DNA of 64,000 nucleotides, from the NCBI RefSeq assembly GCF_006345805.1, contig NC_042997.1, forward strand, positions 69,006,001-69,070,000, written 5' to 3'. Source of the DNA: Octopus sinensis (Eukaryota). Positions within the stretch are counted from its first letter, which is position 1. Each line of letters starts with the position of its first letter. The position numbers and the translations under genes are program-made. The notes beneath the pieces were generated by a model. That model did not search any database. It saw only the letters and a list, made by a program, of their open reading frames with translations, and was not told where the DNA came from. This document shows positions 22,640 to 37,042 of the stretch, piece after piece.

Positions 22640-25000
22640 ATAATATATAATATAAAATGGCCACAGATTTTGTAGTATGGTTATTCATCAGAATTCTAAC
22701 CAGCATTTTATAACTTGGATTCCGTAATTTCTTATATAAATTTACGATCTCAAATGAAACAATATACGCATTTACGCATTTTCGTTCTGAATGTTTGCTA
22801 GATAATCGAGAATTTCCGTATCGATTCTTACAAAGCTCTCTATATGGCTTCAGCGAAATGCCTGGACAATACTCAGTGACATGTTTCGCATGCCGAACCT
22901 CCTATAATGGTAAGGATCTGGGTGTACAAATGTATCTATCAAGGGTCTGAATAAGGGTTTTTTCAAAGGATGCAATGAAAGTATGTCAAATATTTCAATG
23001 TGTTTTATTTTGACCGATATTGCCTTTTGAAATACGCTGTTGATCCTTTAATCCGACAAAGTTTGTCCCCTTTACGTTCATTCATGTGAATTTTCGCCAC
23101 ATGTATAGCTATCTAATTTGCTGATGATGCAGTGGGTTTGTTCACAGAATAAATTTAGTTTATGATATCCTAAAACTAGGTTTGCATAAAAATAGGCGCA
23201 TATACAAACTACACCTTAATTTTGTTGTTAGACGGCCTGAAAGAACACAAATAATACTCTGATGTCCATTTGTAACACGTTTCATAGTCATAAGGTCTGG
23301 TTATTCATTAGAAGTCTAACCAGCACTTGGTACCTTCGATTCCATAATTGCGTGCAATATTCTTTATAACTTTACAGTCTCAAATGAAGCAATATAAGCA
23401 TTTTCATTCAAAGTGTTTACTAGCTAATCGAGAATATCATTATCGACTCTTGTAGAGCTCTGTATATGGCTTTAGCGATATGCGTGGACCATTACTCAGT
23501 GATATGTTTCGCATGCCGAGCCACCTATAATATGCTTCAAAATTTTTTTTATCATTTGATGAGCAATATCAACATACATAACTTGAGTATAATTTTTCGC
23601 ATATTTGATTTACATTTGAGTATCTTTTGGTAATCCATAGAAGTTACTTGTTTTATACGATAGTCTCGTACTTTATTTGAAACTCTTTTGATAAAAATGT
23701 AATAAATTGGTGAATTGTTTCATAACTTTAGTACGTTTCTGGATTCCTCCTCCTAGCATGCTAACTACCCTGTTTGTATAATACCCTGTATCCATAAGAA
23801 CAAAAATTTCCATACCGGTCTCTCGTAACTATATTTGTTTAATTTTAAATCCGTCAGAAATCTTTATTGTCCCTTGACAAATTTAGACTTGTATTGTTTC
23901 TATAGTTACTAGCCAAAATGCCGATATTTTTGCAAAATTTATCGATCAGTACGTTTCCAATAGTTGGGATGGTATAAGCGAACTTTCGATGTTCGACGAA
24001 ATTTCAAAAAACTTTCTGTATTTTCCGGTATATTTCATTCTTAATGTGTCTGTAAGTGTCACTCCTTTACTAAGTTTATATATATATATATATGTATATT
24101 CGATTGTTAATATTTTATTCTAAATCTCTTAATACTGTGATACATTAGCTGTCCCTGTATTCCTGGTTTGGGTCTGAAATTTGATTAGTATTACGTCATT
24201 TCACTTCATTATATATATTATTAAATTTTATGATGCAATAATTTCTGTGATCCTTTTATATTTTGTATCAATCAAAATGTTATATTTTTAAACTATTCCT
24301 TATAAATTGCTTTGTTCTTTGATTTTCCAACTCATATTTTTCTAAAATTTAGATTCCTACCTGCTGATCTATCGATTTGATTCTGCCAATGTTTACTTCT
24401 TTCTTGTGGTTTTAGAAACTACTTGTTCTAAGATATGGATTTATATTTGTCGATTTCGACCTTACAACTCAACGGTAAAGTATGTCTATGAAAATATTTC
24501 TTTTGTCATAAGACGTACTCTTTTGGCTTGTTTTGTTTTTGTCTGTGTCAGCTGGAACCACTGCGTCGTGTTTGTTTAATGATTTCAGCATAGTCTGTTT
24601 ATATAATATTTTATTTTTTTAATAATTTCAGGATTGTCTTCCTGTTCTTCAAGATTTAAAACCCAACTTACACTCTTTTTAATTCTTTGTCATGAAACCT
24701 TTGTTCTAACATATTTGCTTCCATAATTTACAAATCTGGTTTAGTAAAATCACGTAACATTTTTTGAACTTCTAATAATTACTTATTCAATTATATTTTT
24801 GCATTTCTATTTACTTGCATTTTCTCTCGGTTTCTTTAATTCCATTTACCTTTTTATTTTCTCATGCAAATCTTTTGGTCGTAGTTATAAATATCTTGGT
24901 AAGACCAGTGAAATTCAGGTAAATCAACCTTCCATTTCTCAGCACATTCCACAACCGAAAATTTCTGAGGCTAAAATGACGAGTTTGAATCTTCGATACA
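22640..25000 (-). mobile_element. Highly decayed PLE with a duplicated ~230-bp 3' segment (22679-22910, 23298-23530)
   Basis: Direct repeats visible; minus translation has KHDAVVPADTDKN (cf. DIVIKPADKGG) and a frameshifted SNIESSL-Y-TIP (RT motif A-like); GCGAAACATGTC HHR 3' half in both repeats. Confidence 0.5.
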
Positions 25001-25141
25001 GGCTTATAGAATTCATGCATCACTTTCTGAAAGGGTTCTCTTCAACCGAATTTCACTCACAAGCATTGGCTTGGATTTAATCGAAGTTATAGAAATGACA
25101 TTTTTTTACGATACCACGTATTGGCATTGAATCCATAACCC

Positions 25142-25202
<61 letters not shown>

Positions 25203-25846
25203 ATCTATCTATCTATCTATTTGTTTGTCTACATATTTACATACACGCATATGTATGTATATATGTATGTATATGTGTATGTAACCTTGCATGAAGACAT
25301 AGACGCAAGAAGACGTACATGAGGTAATATAGTTCCGTTAAATCAATATTTTGGCAATCTGTCTGTGGATTACAGATTTCTTTCCCACCAGTAAGAGGAA
25401 ACCAACAAAGCTCTGTACGTAGAATTTGTTTTAGGTACACGGAAGCTACTTGTACAGTTCTAAATGAGACTGTAAATTGAACAACGAAAACTACCTATTA
25501 AATATTGTTTGATATTACATGAAGGGATCTCTTTCACACTCACTTTTTTCTGACTCCTTTAATCATAATATTAGACGTATTATATTTAATGAACCATATC
25601 AGAAATAAATAAAAGTATTTTCGAGTCATAATTGATCGTTTGTCTATAGATGGTATCAAACAGTGTGGCGTAGATGAAACTAAGTTGAAATCCTGTTTTA
25701 TATTGCTTACGAATTCTGTAGTGTAATTGATATTAAACTTAGGTGAGAAAAGTTCAGCGGCGCAATTTTAACAAGAGACTAGTTAATTAGAAATCGGATG
25801 TATCTACATATGTATACATATATATATATATATATATAATATATAT

Positions 25847-25883
<37 letters not shown>

Positions 25884-25935
25884 TTACATAAATACAGACA
25901 TACATAATACAAATATTTATATACATATATATAAT

Positions 25936-26009
<74 letters not shown>

Positions 26010-26089
26010 TGTATGTATAAACACATACACATTAGATGGATATAAAAAAGTGAGGTTTATATCAAGGGCAGATATACATAGTGTTAAAA

Positions 26090-26650
26090 AGAAATTAATT
26101 AACTAAAATATAAATAGATAGAAATGAAAAGTTTAAGAAGAATATAGAGTTTACATATACACTTAAGACGGAAGTAAATGCTAAAAATAAGGTAAAGTAT
26201 ATCGATACTCTACGTTCTGTATAATTAATTTATGGTTATAATATTCTTCACTAATTTGAGCGAGTTCACAAGATCAAATAGTGGAACAAAGTGGTTGAAA
26301 CGTTTATAGTGTAACCCCATCCTAACAAAAGTAAATAGATAAATAAAAGAAACAGCATAAATATCTACTTTACAGCTACAAATTTATCTACTTACTTACT
26401 ACAAATAGATTCAAAACATGAAGAAAATGAAACTACTAGAAACAGTTATCAGTCTCCCTGGAAGTCGAATATATTAAACAGATGGAAATGTAATTGATAG
26501 CTTTGATGAAATTATAGAAATAATAACTGTAAATAATAAACTAAAATCTAAATTAAGACAGACTACCAAATATTACGCAAAGAGCTTAATAGAAAAAAGT
26601 TGTTCATGGAAAATATCCCAAAATATTATAATAATCCTAGCCTTGAATTG
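26090..26650 (+). pseudogene. Possible decayed PLE RT C-terminal relic
   Basis: KNIEFTYTLKTEVNAKNKVKYIDTL resembles the PLE NIKFT.E.E....FLD motif. Confidence 0.35.
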
Positions 26651-27385
26651 AAAGTTTTTAGATAGCAGTTCAAAATCTCTCCTACTGTAGACGTTTTGAA
26701 ATAACAAAATCACTCTCTGAACGTTGTATGTTACTATTTATTGGCACAGAACATCACTAGTTTCCTCGGATTCTGGTTCTTTATTACACTATAACGTTGT
26801 TTGTTCAGTCTTAGCCAAACTAGTGTATAGAAATGGATATAACAGACTAACTTCAATTTTGGAAACAGATTGGAAGTTTCATATTGTAGAAGCTTAGCCA
26901 GCTTTATAGAATGCAGACAGACGTAGTACAAATGCACAGAATAACAATGTGATATTTATCTGAAATATCATGTTTCACATAGGCAATGGGATTACTTCCC
27001 AGACATCACTGTCAAAGACAATCGACAAAATTTATACATTGATCTCAGTGGATGACAGTGTATTTCGAAAGTGATACATCAATATATCATAGTGACCTAG
27101 CAATTTCAACTGATGAAATTCATACAGAACCCGAGCATAAACACGTAATAATAATGGTATCCAGAATGTGGTAATCAACAACAACAAATAAAAGAAAACG
27201 AAGTTAACTCACACACACTCACTCTCTCTCTCTCACACACACACACGCACACACACACACACGCACGCACACACTCACACATATATTCATAATATCAAAG
27301 GGAAATCAGAAATATGAGAAATTTCCATTACCAGTGGCCTAGTGTGTAAACATTTAGTCAATAGACTATTATTCATATAAATACA

Positions 27386-27899
27386 GTGTACATTTAAATA
27401 CATAAGATGCATCCATCATAGGACTCCTTGCGCGCTAGAGAAAACAGTTAAATTCCAAACTACTATTAGGGATAAAATTTCGAAGGGAATGAAAAATATA
27501 AACAGTTACCTTCTAACTATTGGACCAATGTTTTCAGACTTTTCTTTAGCAAATAAATTAAGTTGCTAGGCGAAGTCTTCTTCAGCAGGTACACCTTAGA
27601 TTAAATATATATACACGAGGCAACCCAGTGTATGCCCCATGCTTATACATTCTAATTTTTCAAATCTACCGCGCAAGCCTCGTGTATGTATATTTAATCT
27701 AAGGTGTAACTGCCGAGGAAGACTTCGGCAAGCAAATTATTTTATTTCCTAAACAAACAGTCTTAAAACATTGGTCCAGGGTGTATGTTTTTTATTTTTC
27801 ATTCCCTTCGAAATGTTATCCCTAATAGTAGTTTGGAATTTAACTGTTCTCTTTAGCGTGCAAGGAGTCCTATGATTGATGCCTCTTATGTGTTTAAAT

Positions 27900-27905
<6 letters not shown>
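27386..27905. mobile_element. Fold-back element, arms 27386-27621 / 27677-27905, with extended-stem-II HHR remnants in both arms
   Basis: Arms are reverse complements; minus 27522-27589 reads CCTG-CTGAAGA-AGACT..AGTCT-GAAAAC-ATTG-GTC; right arm has GTC-CAGG, complementary to CCTG. Confidence 0.9.
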
Positions 27906-27941
<36 letters not shown>

Positions 27942-27957
27942 ACACACACACACACGC

Positions 27958-30034
27958 GGACGTCAACCTGTTCCTGCGCCGCCTCAAACTTCGCGCATAC
28001 TACCACGCGTCCCCGCAGCGTCTCAACAATCAGGATTGCCTTTTGGAGCTGGGGCGTCGTCCATCCATCTGGACGCCGCCCCCAGGCCTTTTCAGTAGCC
28101 TAGATTCGTTTGTACATGACTGCAACGCTTTGGTCCACCGTTTCAACTTTGCACCAAGACCCCGCCGAGCCAACCTCACTCGGGCCGAATCCATTGCCCT
28201 TCGCCACCTCCGCCGTCGTGATGACATTGTCATCAAACCGGCGGACAAAGGCGGGGCGGTGGTAGTGTGGCGCGCGGACCTATACAGGGAGGAAGCGCTC
28301 AACCAGCTTCAAAATCCACTCTTCTATCGCCTCCTCCCCTCCGATCCCACCTCCTCCTACCAACAGCGAGTGTCCTCCACCATCCACGACCTCATCTCCT
28401 CCCCCGCTCTCCCCCTCACCGCCACCAACCTCATCGTCCGCACACCCCGCACCTCCACCATCTACTTCCTTCCCAAGATCCATAAACCCTCTAATCCTGG
28501 CCGTCCCATAGTCTCTGCCTGTAATTGCCCCACTGAACTCATCTCCCTATACCTCGACCGCATCCTGTCCCCCTTAGTCGCAGCCCTCCCATCCCACATA
28601 CACGACACCAACCACGCCCTCCGTCTCTTCAATTCCTTTTCCTTCCCTTCCAGCCCCTCACACCTCCTCTTCACTTTAGATGTAAAATCCCTGTACACAG
28701 TGATTCCCCACAATGACGGTCTCCTAGCCCTCCAACACTTCCTCGACCGTCGTCCCGACCCCACCCCAGCACCCCCACCCTCTCCGGTTGGCTGAGCTCG
28801 TCCTCACCCTCAATTGCTTCACGTTCGCCGGGGAAACGTACCAACAGATGTCCGGGGTCGCGATGGGAACTAGGATGGGCCCCAATTTCGCCAATCTCTT
28901 TCTTGGCTACATTGAGGCCCAAGTGTTCTCCCAGTTCTCTGGGCCGACCCCCGAACTATACGGTCGCTATATCGACGACTGCGTAGGTGCCACCTCCCTT
29001 TCCCGCGAACTTCTCTGCCAATTCATCTCTTTCCTTTCCAACTTTCACCCCTCTCTTCAATTCACCTCCACCATCTCCAACACCTCTGTCAACTTCCTTG
29101 ACATCTCTCTCCGCATCGATCACCCCTCCAGCTCTCTCACCACCACCGCCTTTTTTAAACCTACGGATTCCCACCTCTATCTCAACTTCTCTTCCTCCCA
29201 CCCCTTCCACACCAAACGAGCCATCCCCTACTCCCAGTTCCTCCGCCTCCGACGTTTGTGCAGCCGCGACCAGGATTTCGAGACCCAATCTCAATACCTG
29301 GCCCGCATGTTCAGACTCCGAGGTTACCCACCCATACTCCTCTCTGATGCCCTCACCCGCGCCCGTCGCATCGACCGCACTACCGCCCTGTCTCCTTCCC
29401 CCGCCCCCCCCCCCCCCCCCAACCGCACCCCCTTCCCCCTCCTTTTCCACCCCTCTACCCTACCCCTTCGTCGCAAGATACTACGTGCCTTCCGTCGCCT
29501 CCAGCTTGATCCCACCACCCGCCCCATTTTCCCTAACCTACCCCTGTCCTCTTTCAAACGAGCCCGCAATCTGCGTGACCTCCTGGTCCACAGCACCCTC
29601 TCTCCTCCCCCTCAGCCCCACAGATCATTCCCTTGCTCTAGATCCCGTTGCAACACTTGCCCCTTCATCACCAACACCACCGCTGTCACCGGCTCCAACC
29701 TGCACACTGTACGCATTAGGCACTCTTTTACGTGCACCTCGTCTGGCCTTATTTACTGCATTAAATGCAACCTATGCGGGTTGCTGTATGTAGGACAGAC
29801 GGGACGCCGGTTGTCCGACCGTTTCACTGAACACTTGAGGGACGTTCGCCTACACTCTCTTTCTCCCGTCGCACGCCACTTCCGCTCGGCGGCCATTCCC
29901 TAGATGACATCTCAGTGTTTGGTCTCGCCCCCCACCATGGTCGCCCACTTTCCAGGCTCCACTTGGAGCAACGCTACATCTTCACCCTACAAACTACCAC
30001 CCCACACGGACTTAACACAGCCCCCTCCTCTTGA
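27958..30034 (+). CDS. PLE reverse transcriptase + GIY-YIG endonuclease, interrupted by frameshifts at ~28768-28782 and ~29890
   Basis: LFLRRLKLRAYY, IKPADKGGAVVVW, FTLDVKSLYTVIPH, QMSGVAMGTRMGPNFANLF, YGRYIDD, CSRSRCNTCP, LIYCIKCNLCGLLYVGQTGRRLSDRFTEH; after frame repair LEQRYIFTLQTTTPHGLN..stop at 30032-30034. Confidence 0.95.
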
Positions 30035-30094
30035 GATCCGTTTTTTTTTTTTTTTTTTTTTTTTGTGGACACACCACCCACACACACCCACCCA

Positions 30095-32790
30095 CCTACC
30101 TCCCACACGCCTGTTCACACACACACATACGTAGACCCATCTACGTACATACATTCACACATTTAATCACACACACTTACAGACATACTAACACACACTA
30201 ACATACAAACCAACATGCACATACACACACACATACATACATACGCACACACATACATACTTACACACACACACACACACACACAGACATACATACACAC
30301 ATACACACACACATACATACGCACATACATACGCACACACTCACACACACACCGCACGTACATACTTCACACACACACATGCAAACATACATGTAGGCAC
30401 ATACATACATACATACCTACACATGCACACCCTTACACTGAATGCACACACACATACACCTTTTTGCATCCAGGCAGCCCCCCCTCTTTCTGCTTTCCGG
30501 TTTTGGTTTTGATGGATCCTCGGTTCCCGCGTAGTGGGGCGTTCGAGGGCCTCTGCGCTCGCGCGCCTTGGCGCGCGCTGGGGGCTTGATCGGCCCCTTG
30601 GGCTTGCGTTGTACTGCTTGTGCGTTGTGTGCGTGGGCGCGCTTCGTGTGTGTGGGCTTGCTTCGGATGTGCGCGTGCGTATGTATGCATACATACACAC
30701 ACACTCGCATGCATCCCTACCCACATACATACACGCACACCTACTCACACACACACATACACACACATACCTGCACACACACACACACATACATACATAC
30801 ACATACATACCTACTTCAGACATACACACACACAGACATACACCCATACACTCACACTCACACGCATACACACACACACATACACACGCACACGTACACA
30901 TTACACACACACACACCACCTACATACATACATTACACTTGTATACACACACACTTACATTCATACACACACACACCTACACAGCCATACTCTCACTCAG
31001 ACACACACATCTACCTACACACACACACAAACACACACGGACACACACCCATACATACATACATCTACACACACACGCCTACACCACATACATACACACA
31101 TACATAAACACACACACATACACATATACACACATACGCACACACACATATACTTATACACATGCACACACACACACATTACATAACACCCATATACATA
31201 CACACACACATACCCACATACTCCTATACGCACATACATACACACAGACATACACACATACACACTCACACAAACATACACACACACATACTTACACACA
31301 CACTCACCTGCACGCGCACACACATGCATGACAAACACCCATACACTCACACTCACATACGCACACACCAACATAAACACGCACACGCACACGCACACAC
31401 ACACCTACACTCCCACACATACACACGCACCTACATACACACACGCACGCATACACACGCATACACACATACATTACACACAACGTACACACACACCTAC
31501 ATACACATGCATACACACACACACACAAACATGCACGGACACACCCAGACATACACACATACACCTATATACACACGCCCACACACCTACATACACACAC
31601 ATATACACACGCCCACACACCTACATACACACACATACATACACACACATACACGGACACACCCATACATACTTACATACATACACCTATACACACACAC
31701 CCCACACCTACATACACACACATGCATACACACACACACACATGTACGCACACACACACACATATACGCACATACATATATACCCACACCATGCCACACA
31801 CACCACACATACGCACATGCATGCATGCATGCATGCACACGCGCACACCTACACGCATACACACACACACACGCACGTACACATACATACATACACACAC
31901 GCATACATACACCCATACACATACATGCATCCTACACACACATACATACATACACACTCACACATACATACACACACACACACTCACTCACACACCTGTA
32001 TGTACGCGCACACACATGCACATACACACACTTCCCCACACCCACACGTACATACATACACACTCACACACATACACACACACACACACGGACATACATC
32101 TATGCACACACATACATACACACATACTCACATACATTCATCGGACACACTGCCACCCGGACATACACACAGACACACTCACACATCCACACACATACAT
32201 ACTTACGCGCATACTCGCAGGCTCGCGCACACACGCGCTTGCGCCGGTTCGCGTACGCATACGCTCCGCAGGCACCTCGCTCTTGGAACCGACAAGACCT
32301 CCCGCCCGTTCCTGGGACCGTCGCGTGTCGTAGGGTTTTCCCACGCCCGCCTCCGCGGGACCACTCTTCCATCTTCCCCTCAGCTGGAGTCATTTTTCCT
32401 TAACCCCCCCCCCCTTTTTCGTTACACACGCGCGCACACATATACACACATTGCTTAAATATATACATTACTCTTACACACATTCAATCTACGCGCCATT
32501 TATACCACCACGACACTGGACACACACACACACTACTACTCAACACACGCTGGCACGCTACATACGCCCCCACCCCTTCCCCTCCCTCCCTTCCTCCTTC
32601 CTTCTTTTTCTTACTACTGACCTTTGTCTGCTAAGCTGACCACTATCTCGCCCTACCTCACACGCCTACACACAGACGCACACACTAACACACACATAAT
32701 ATTTTTTTGTTTTTTCATCTCGCCTCACACACACACATACACAACGCACACGCACACACTCACACATACACACACATCTGTTGCGTTACC
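30095..32790 (+). repeat. ~2.7-kb degenerate (CA)/(CATA) low-complexity tract with two CpG-rich islands (30465-30685, 32205-32410)
   Basis: Directly visible. Confidence 0.9.
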
Positions 32791-32947
32791 AACCTTGTCT
32801 CCACTCTTTTGCCTTTAAAAACCCACTTTGCTCTGTTTTCGTAAAATCCGCCTTTCACCATGTGCAACTCGTAAACACCAGTCGTCTTTTTTCTCTTTCC
32901 CTGTTGCCCGCTCTGGGATCTTTCTTTCCTCTCTCTTCCTTCTTTAT

Positions 32948-32982
32948 GTTTCCGACGAAGAGCTCCGCTCGAAACGTCATAC
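32948..32982 (+). ncRNA. Minimal HHR variant (CCGACGA core) at the 3' end of the Neptune element
   Basis: GTTT-CCGACGA-A-GAGC-TCC-GCTC-GAAAC-GTC-ATAC. Confidence 0.7.
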
Positions 32983-33427
32983 CTCCCTGCTTCCTTTTCC
33001 TGAGCGCCTATTAATAATAATACTGTAATTGTTCCATTGTTGTTGTTTTTTTGTTTCCCGTTTGGATTAAAATTATATATATATATAGGTCAGAGAATGT
33101 CAAGACGTATGGGAGGTGAAGATATTTATTTAGCCACTTGCTATCCTTAGGATATGCCATGGCAAAGATAAATAGATATTTAACTAAAGCACCAGAATGC
33201 ATGCTCGAAGAACGGATATACCTAAAACCGTAGAAAAGTATGTTACATATTGAACTAAATCAGACATTGAAATGTATACACGCATAGTTATACATATAAG
33301 CGCACATAAATACACGGTAGCACTCTCATATATGTGCATTTGCTTCTGTGTGTGAGTTAGTAAGTGTGTGTGTGTGTGTGTGTATGTGTGTGTGTGTGTG
33401 TGTGTGTATGTGTGTTTGCGTGTATGT

Positions 33428-33469
<42 letters not shown>

Positions 33470-34479
33470 ACGGAGGTGTCTGTGGGTGTACCAAAACGAA
33501 ATTAAAATATAACAATGTAAAAATGTAGCAAATACCGAAATCTTTCATTGAATGCTTTTACCGTTTCCTTTCATTCAAAATAAAACATACTGAAATGATA
33601 AAATAACAAACTTCGTTAAGAGATAAAATTATATACTGTAAATAAATGCAGCATGGAAGATATTCATAAGCTATTCAAGAACACATAAAAACCTTTCGTT
33701 TCACTTCAACATTTGATTTTCATTTGTGTCAAAATATTTTCGTCGCTTTGAAACAGTGACCAGTTCACTGACAAAACTTGGCGCTGCATCTGAGAGAGTA
33801 ACAGCTAGTTCATGATATATTTGCGTTCATGTATGTACGTATGTATTTATGTATGCATTATGTATGTTTGTATGTATGTATGTATGTATGTATGTATGTA
33901 TGTATGTATGTATGTATGTATGTATGTGTGCATGTATGAATCTATGTATGTATGGATATATCTATATGTGTACGTGCGCATGCATGTATTTAAGCATGTC
34001 CGAAATAAATAATTCATATAGATAATTTGCAACGCTTGTCAGTAAGCAGACAGCGTTTCCCAAAACCTGTCGGCGTATATAGTTTCAATAATGTACTCAT
34101 TTTACTAAGGGCTATTTCAATATTCTAGGTAAACTATTTAATGGGTATGCATTTTTCTTCACCACTAATGAATACTATTATATAGCATGAACGAGTGTGT
34201 GTGTGCGTGTGCGTGTGCGTGATGGATTTTCTTGTCAACGACAAATAAGGGTATAGTAAAATAAAGCGGTAATCATGTTCCGTAGACACGCTTATGTCGC
34301 TTGAGGCCAGCTGGTGTCCTGCAGACATTTTAGCAAACGGAACAAGTTGACTCAGTTTGCTCGAGTGTTTGTAGATCATTTACTACGTGTTTTCTTTGGT
34401 GAACGGCAAGGCCTACATTGTACCGTGTCACAAAATCACAATGACAGGTAAGGTTTTCATTTAGAGGAGCAACATTTTT

Positions 34480-34790
34480 TCTAGCGTGCCTTCATGCTTG
34501 TACGAAGTTGGTCCAGATGCTGGAGTTGACTTTGCCCAAATCTTTCGAAGGAAGGAAAGCAGGATTAGCACTAGGTCCTGCGTTCTGATGTTTTGTTGTC
34601 TCAGGATGAAAAGGGATTTTTGCATAGATTCACAATGTTTTAGTTTGTCTTTGAAGCGCAAGAATGGCCTTTCACCTGACCTTCATGTTGGGAATTGGTC
34701 AAAGAGAAGTTGCTTCAGAATTCTGATATTACTCTTACGTGAGAAATGACCGGACCATCTAAGCTGTATTTTGAAGAAGACGGATTCAAT
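34480..34790 (-). pseudogene. RTE-clade LINE C-terminal fragment
   Basis: DIESVFFKIQLRWSGHFSRKSNIRILKQLLFDQFPT*RSGERPFLRFKDKLK matches the RTE QLRWAGH..RLPKQLLY..G.P..R.KD.LK motif. Confidence 0.75.
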
Positions 34791-36124
34791 ATCTAATATA
34801 TTGCAACTTGTTAGCACATCACTGTTACTAATATGGTCACTCGGTTTTATAACTCAAGCATTGCGTATGAAAAGCGTCTAGCTGATTGATGTGCTTTCGG
34901 TACAAGGTCCAAAATTCAGCACCATAAAGCATGCATGCATACATACATACATACATACATACATACATACATACACGGAAAAATTAGATACTATAATATC
35001 AACAATGAACTTTCAAATATTACGAAGGGAAACTTCTACCCATTTAAGTACAAGAAGCAACAGACATTTCAATATTTTAATCATGACTCTCCAGCCACTT
35101 TGCCTCACTCCAGCATGGGTAAGGTTTTGGATTACGATTAAATGCACAATATGGTTTATAACACATTTAAGACGTATACTCCCATGAACTTACGAACTTA
35201 CAACTCCATGGTCTAAGAGTGGCACCAGGCATCTTTGAAATAATATAAATAATTATATGCACATACTCAAAAATGAAAAACCGCATTCTGCAGGTGTATA
35301 TATAGACATATATACATACATAATTGCAGAGTATTTCTAGAATAGATGAGCATTTGGAGCCTATGTCATTGTGCAACTATTTCCACGTAACCTAGCGATT
35401 CCGTCTTTTTTGTTTTACAATTCTGTCTTTCCTTCACACTGTTCTGTGTTCCTAGCAGACCTGCCACTTATAATCTTCTTAGCTTTCTCTTAGAAGATGG
35501 ACCTACTGTTATATTTTACTAAGAATATTCCTTCATTCATCAACAATGGACCTGCTAACTGCTATTATCTTTTACTCGAGATTTCCTTAATGATATGATG
35601 AACTGGTTACTAGTATCCTTTATCCTCCTTTATTATATTCCTTAATTCTTATTCCTATAATTTACCTCCCGTGATCTGTGTATTTATTTTGAAAATCTGT
35701 TCAGTCCGATGTTATCCCGTGTATTCTCATCCAAAAAGGAGACGGGTACCAACACATCCATGTAGCTCCCTTGAAAAGTTGTGAAGATCTGATATGAATA
35801 CATTGGTTGCGTTGCTAAGCCACAAATAAAGAATATTTATATTTAATAAAGAATATTTAATATTTATACACCAGTCGGTGCACTCATCTCAATGTTGAGC
35901 GGCAGACCACGCGTGTGTGCACGTTTCTACATGCGTGTGCGTTTGTACGAGCGCCAGACCACGAGTATGTGTGTGCGTTTGTAAATTCATATCTATTAAC
36001 GGTTGTATGTAATATTTTTTCCCTTTATTGTATGTTTGTTTCTTTTTGTATCTGCTCTTTGTCATTCATATTCTATAACAAAGAAGCAGCATCTGTCATT
36101 TTACCACACCTACCCACGAAGCCT

Positions 36125-36228
<104 letters not shown>

Positions 36229-36371
36229 ATTTCTCATTATATCTCTAATTTCTTTCGTCTTGCTCGTTTTCTTCCTCCCTCTCTCCCTAAATCTTTGTCC
36301 TTCTCTCTCCCTTTCTCTCTCTCTCTTTCTTACTATCTATCTATCTATCTATCTACATCTATATATATATG

Positions 36372-36407
<36 letters not shown>

Positions 36408-36477
36408 TGTACGTACGTATGTATGTATGTATATATGTATGCATGTATATATAAATGTATAAATATATAAAGATGAA

Positions 36478-36575
36478 GGTGTAGCAGTGTGGCGAGAAGT
36501 TTGCTTCGCAACCAGAGGGTTCCGAATTCAGTCCCACAGCGTGGCACCTTGCTCGAGTGTCGACATCTTTATGCT
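36478..36575 (+). mobile_element. tRNA-derived SINE head, family B
   Basis: GTGTGGCGAGAAGTTTGCTTCGCAACCAGAGGGTTCCGAATTCAGTCCCACAGCGTGGCACCTTG; inverted homologs at 39975-40245, 57115-57262, 61195-61345. Confidence 0.75.
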
Positions 36576-36966
36576 GTTTCAGAACCGAGCTGTACAGCCT
36601 TTGTTTTGTTTGTATATTTTTATTCGTACCAACAACCAGGGTTGTGTTTGTTTTTGTCTCCATCCTCTACACCCACTCATTATTATTCCCAGCAGTTTTT
36701 TGCTGTTGACGCCACCAAAGATGAACAATATTATCGTTAACGGAGTGAAATTTTAAGGATTTTCGGACGATAACTCACAAGGTAAGATTGTATCCATGTC
36801 TTGTGTGTCAATTTTCTTTTTGTTCTTTTACTGTCCTTAGGAATTTTACGAGACTAATAAGACGGTGTAGAACTCAATATATGTATGTTTCAGAACGAAG
36901 TGTTGGTTGGGTATGGAGAGGTAATAATAGAAAGTAAGATGACAAAGGAATAAATGATCATCTTAT

Positions 36967-37012
36967 GAACTACAGCTGTTTCTGCTATAAGATGCCACGG
37001 ATCCTCAGTTGG
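36967..37012 (-). ncRNA. HHR-like motif
   Basis: CAA-CTGAGGA-T..A-GAAAC-AGCT-GTA-GTTC; palindromic ACAGCTGT stem III; weak stems I and II. Confidence 0.45.
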
Positions 37013-37042
37013 CTGATGGAATGTGCCCACACTTCTATATGA

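Larger units (their letters stand above)
27956..33075 (+). mobile_element. Neptune-type Penelope-like element, 5'-truncated, with a long (CA)-rich 3' region and terminal pLTR/HHR
   Basis: RT and GIY-YIG coding region followed by a pLTR homologous to 56880-57080 and related to 4030-4200; preceded by (CA)n. Confidence 0.9.

Noticed and set aside
28956-29793. Overlapping Pro-rich and antisense ORFs within the PLE gene
   Set aside because: Expected by-product of the C-rich, stop-poor composition
30163-32818. Long His/Thr- or Val/Cys-rich ORFs up to 413 aa
   Set aside because: Translations of CA/CATA low-complexity sequence, which lacks stop codons
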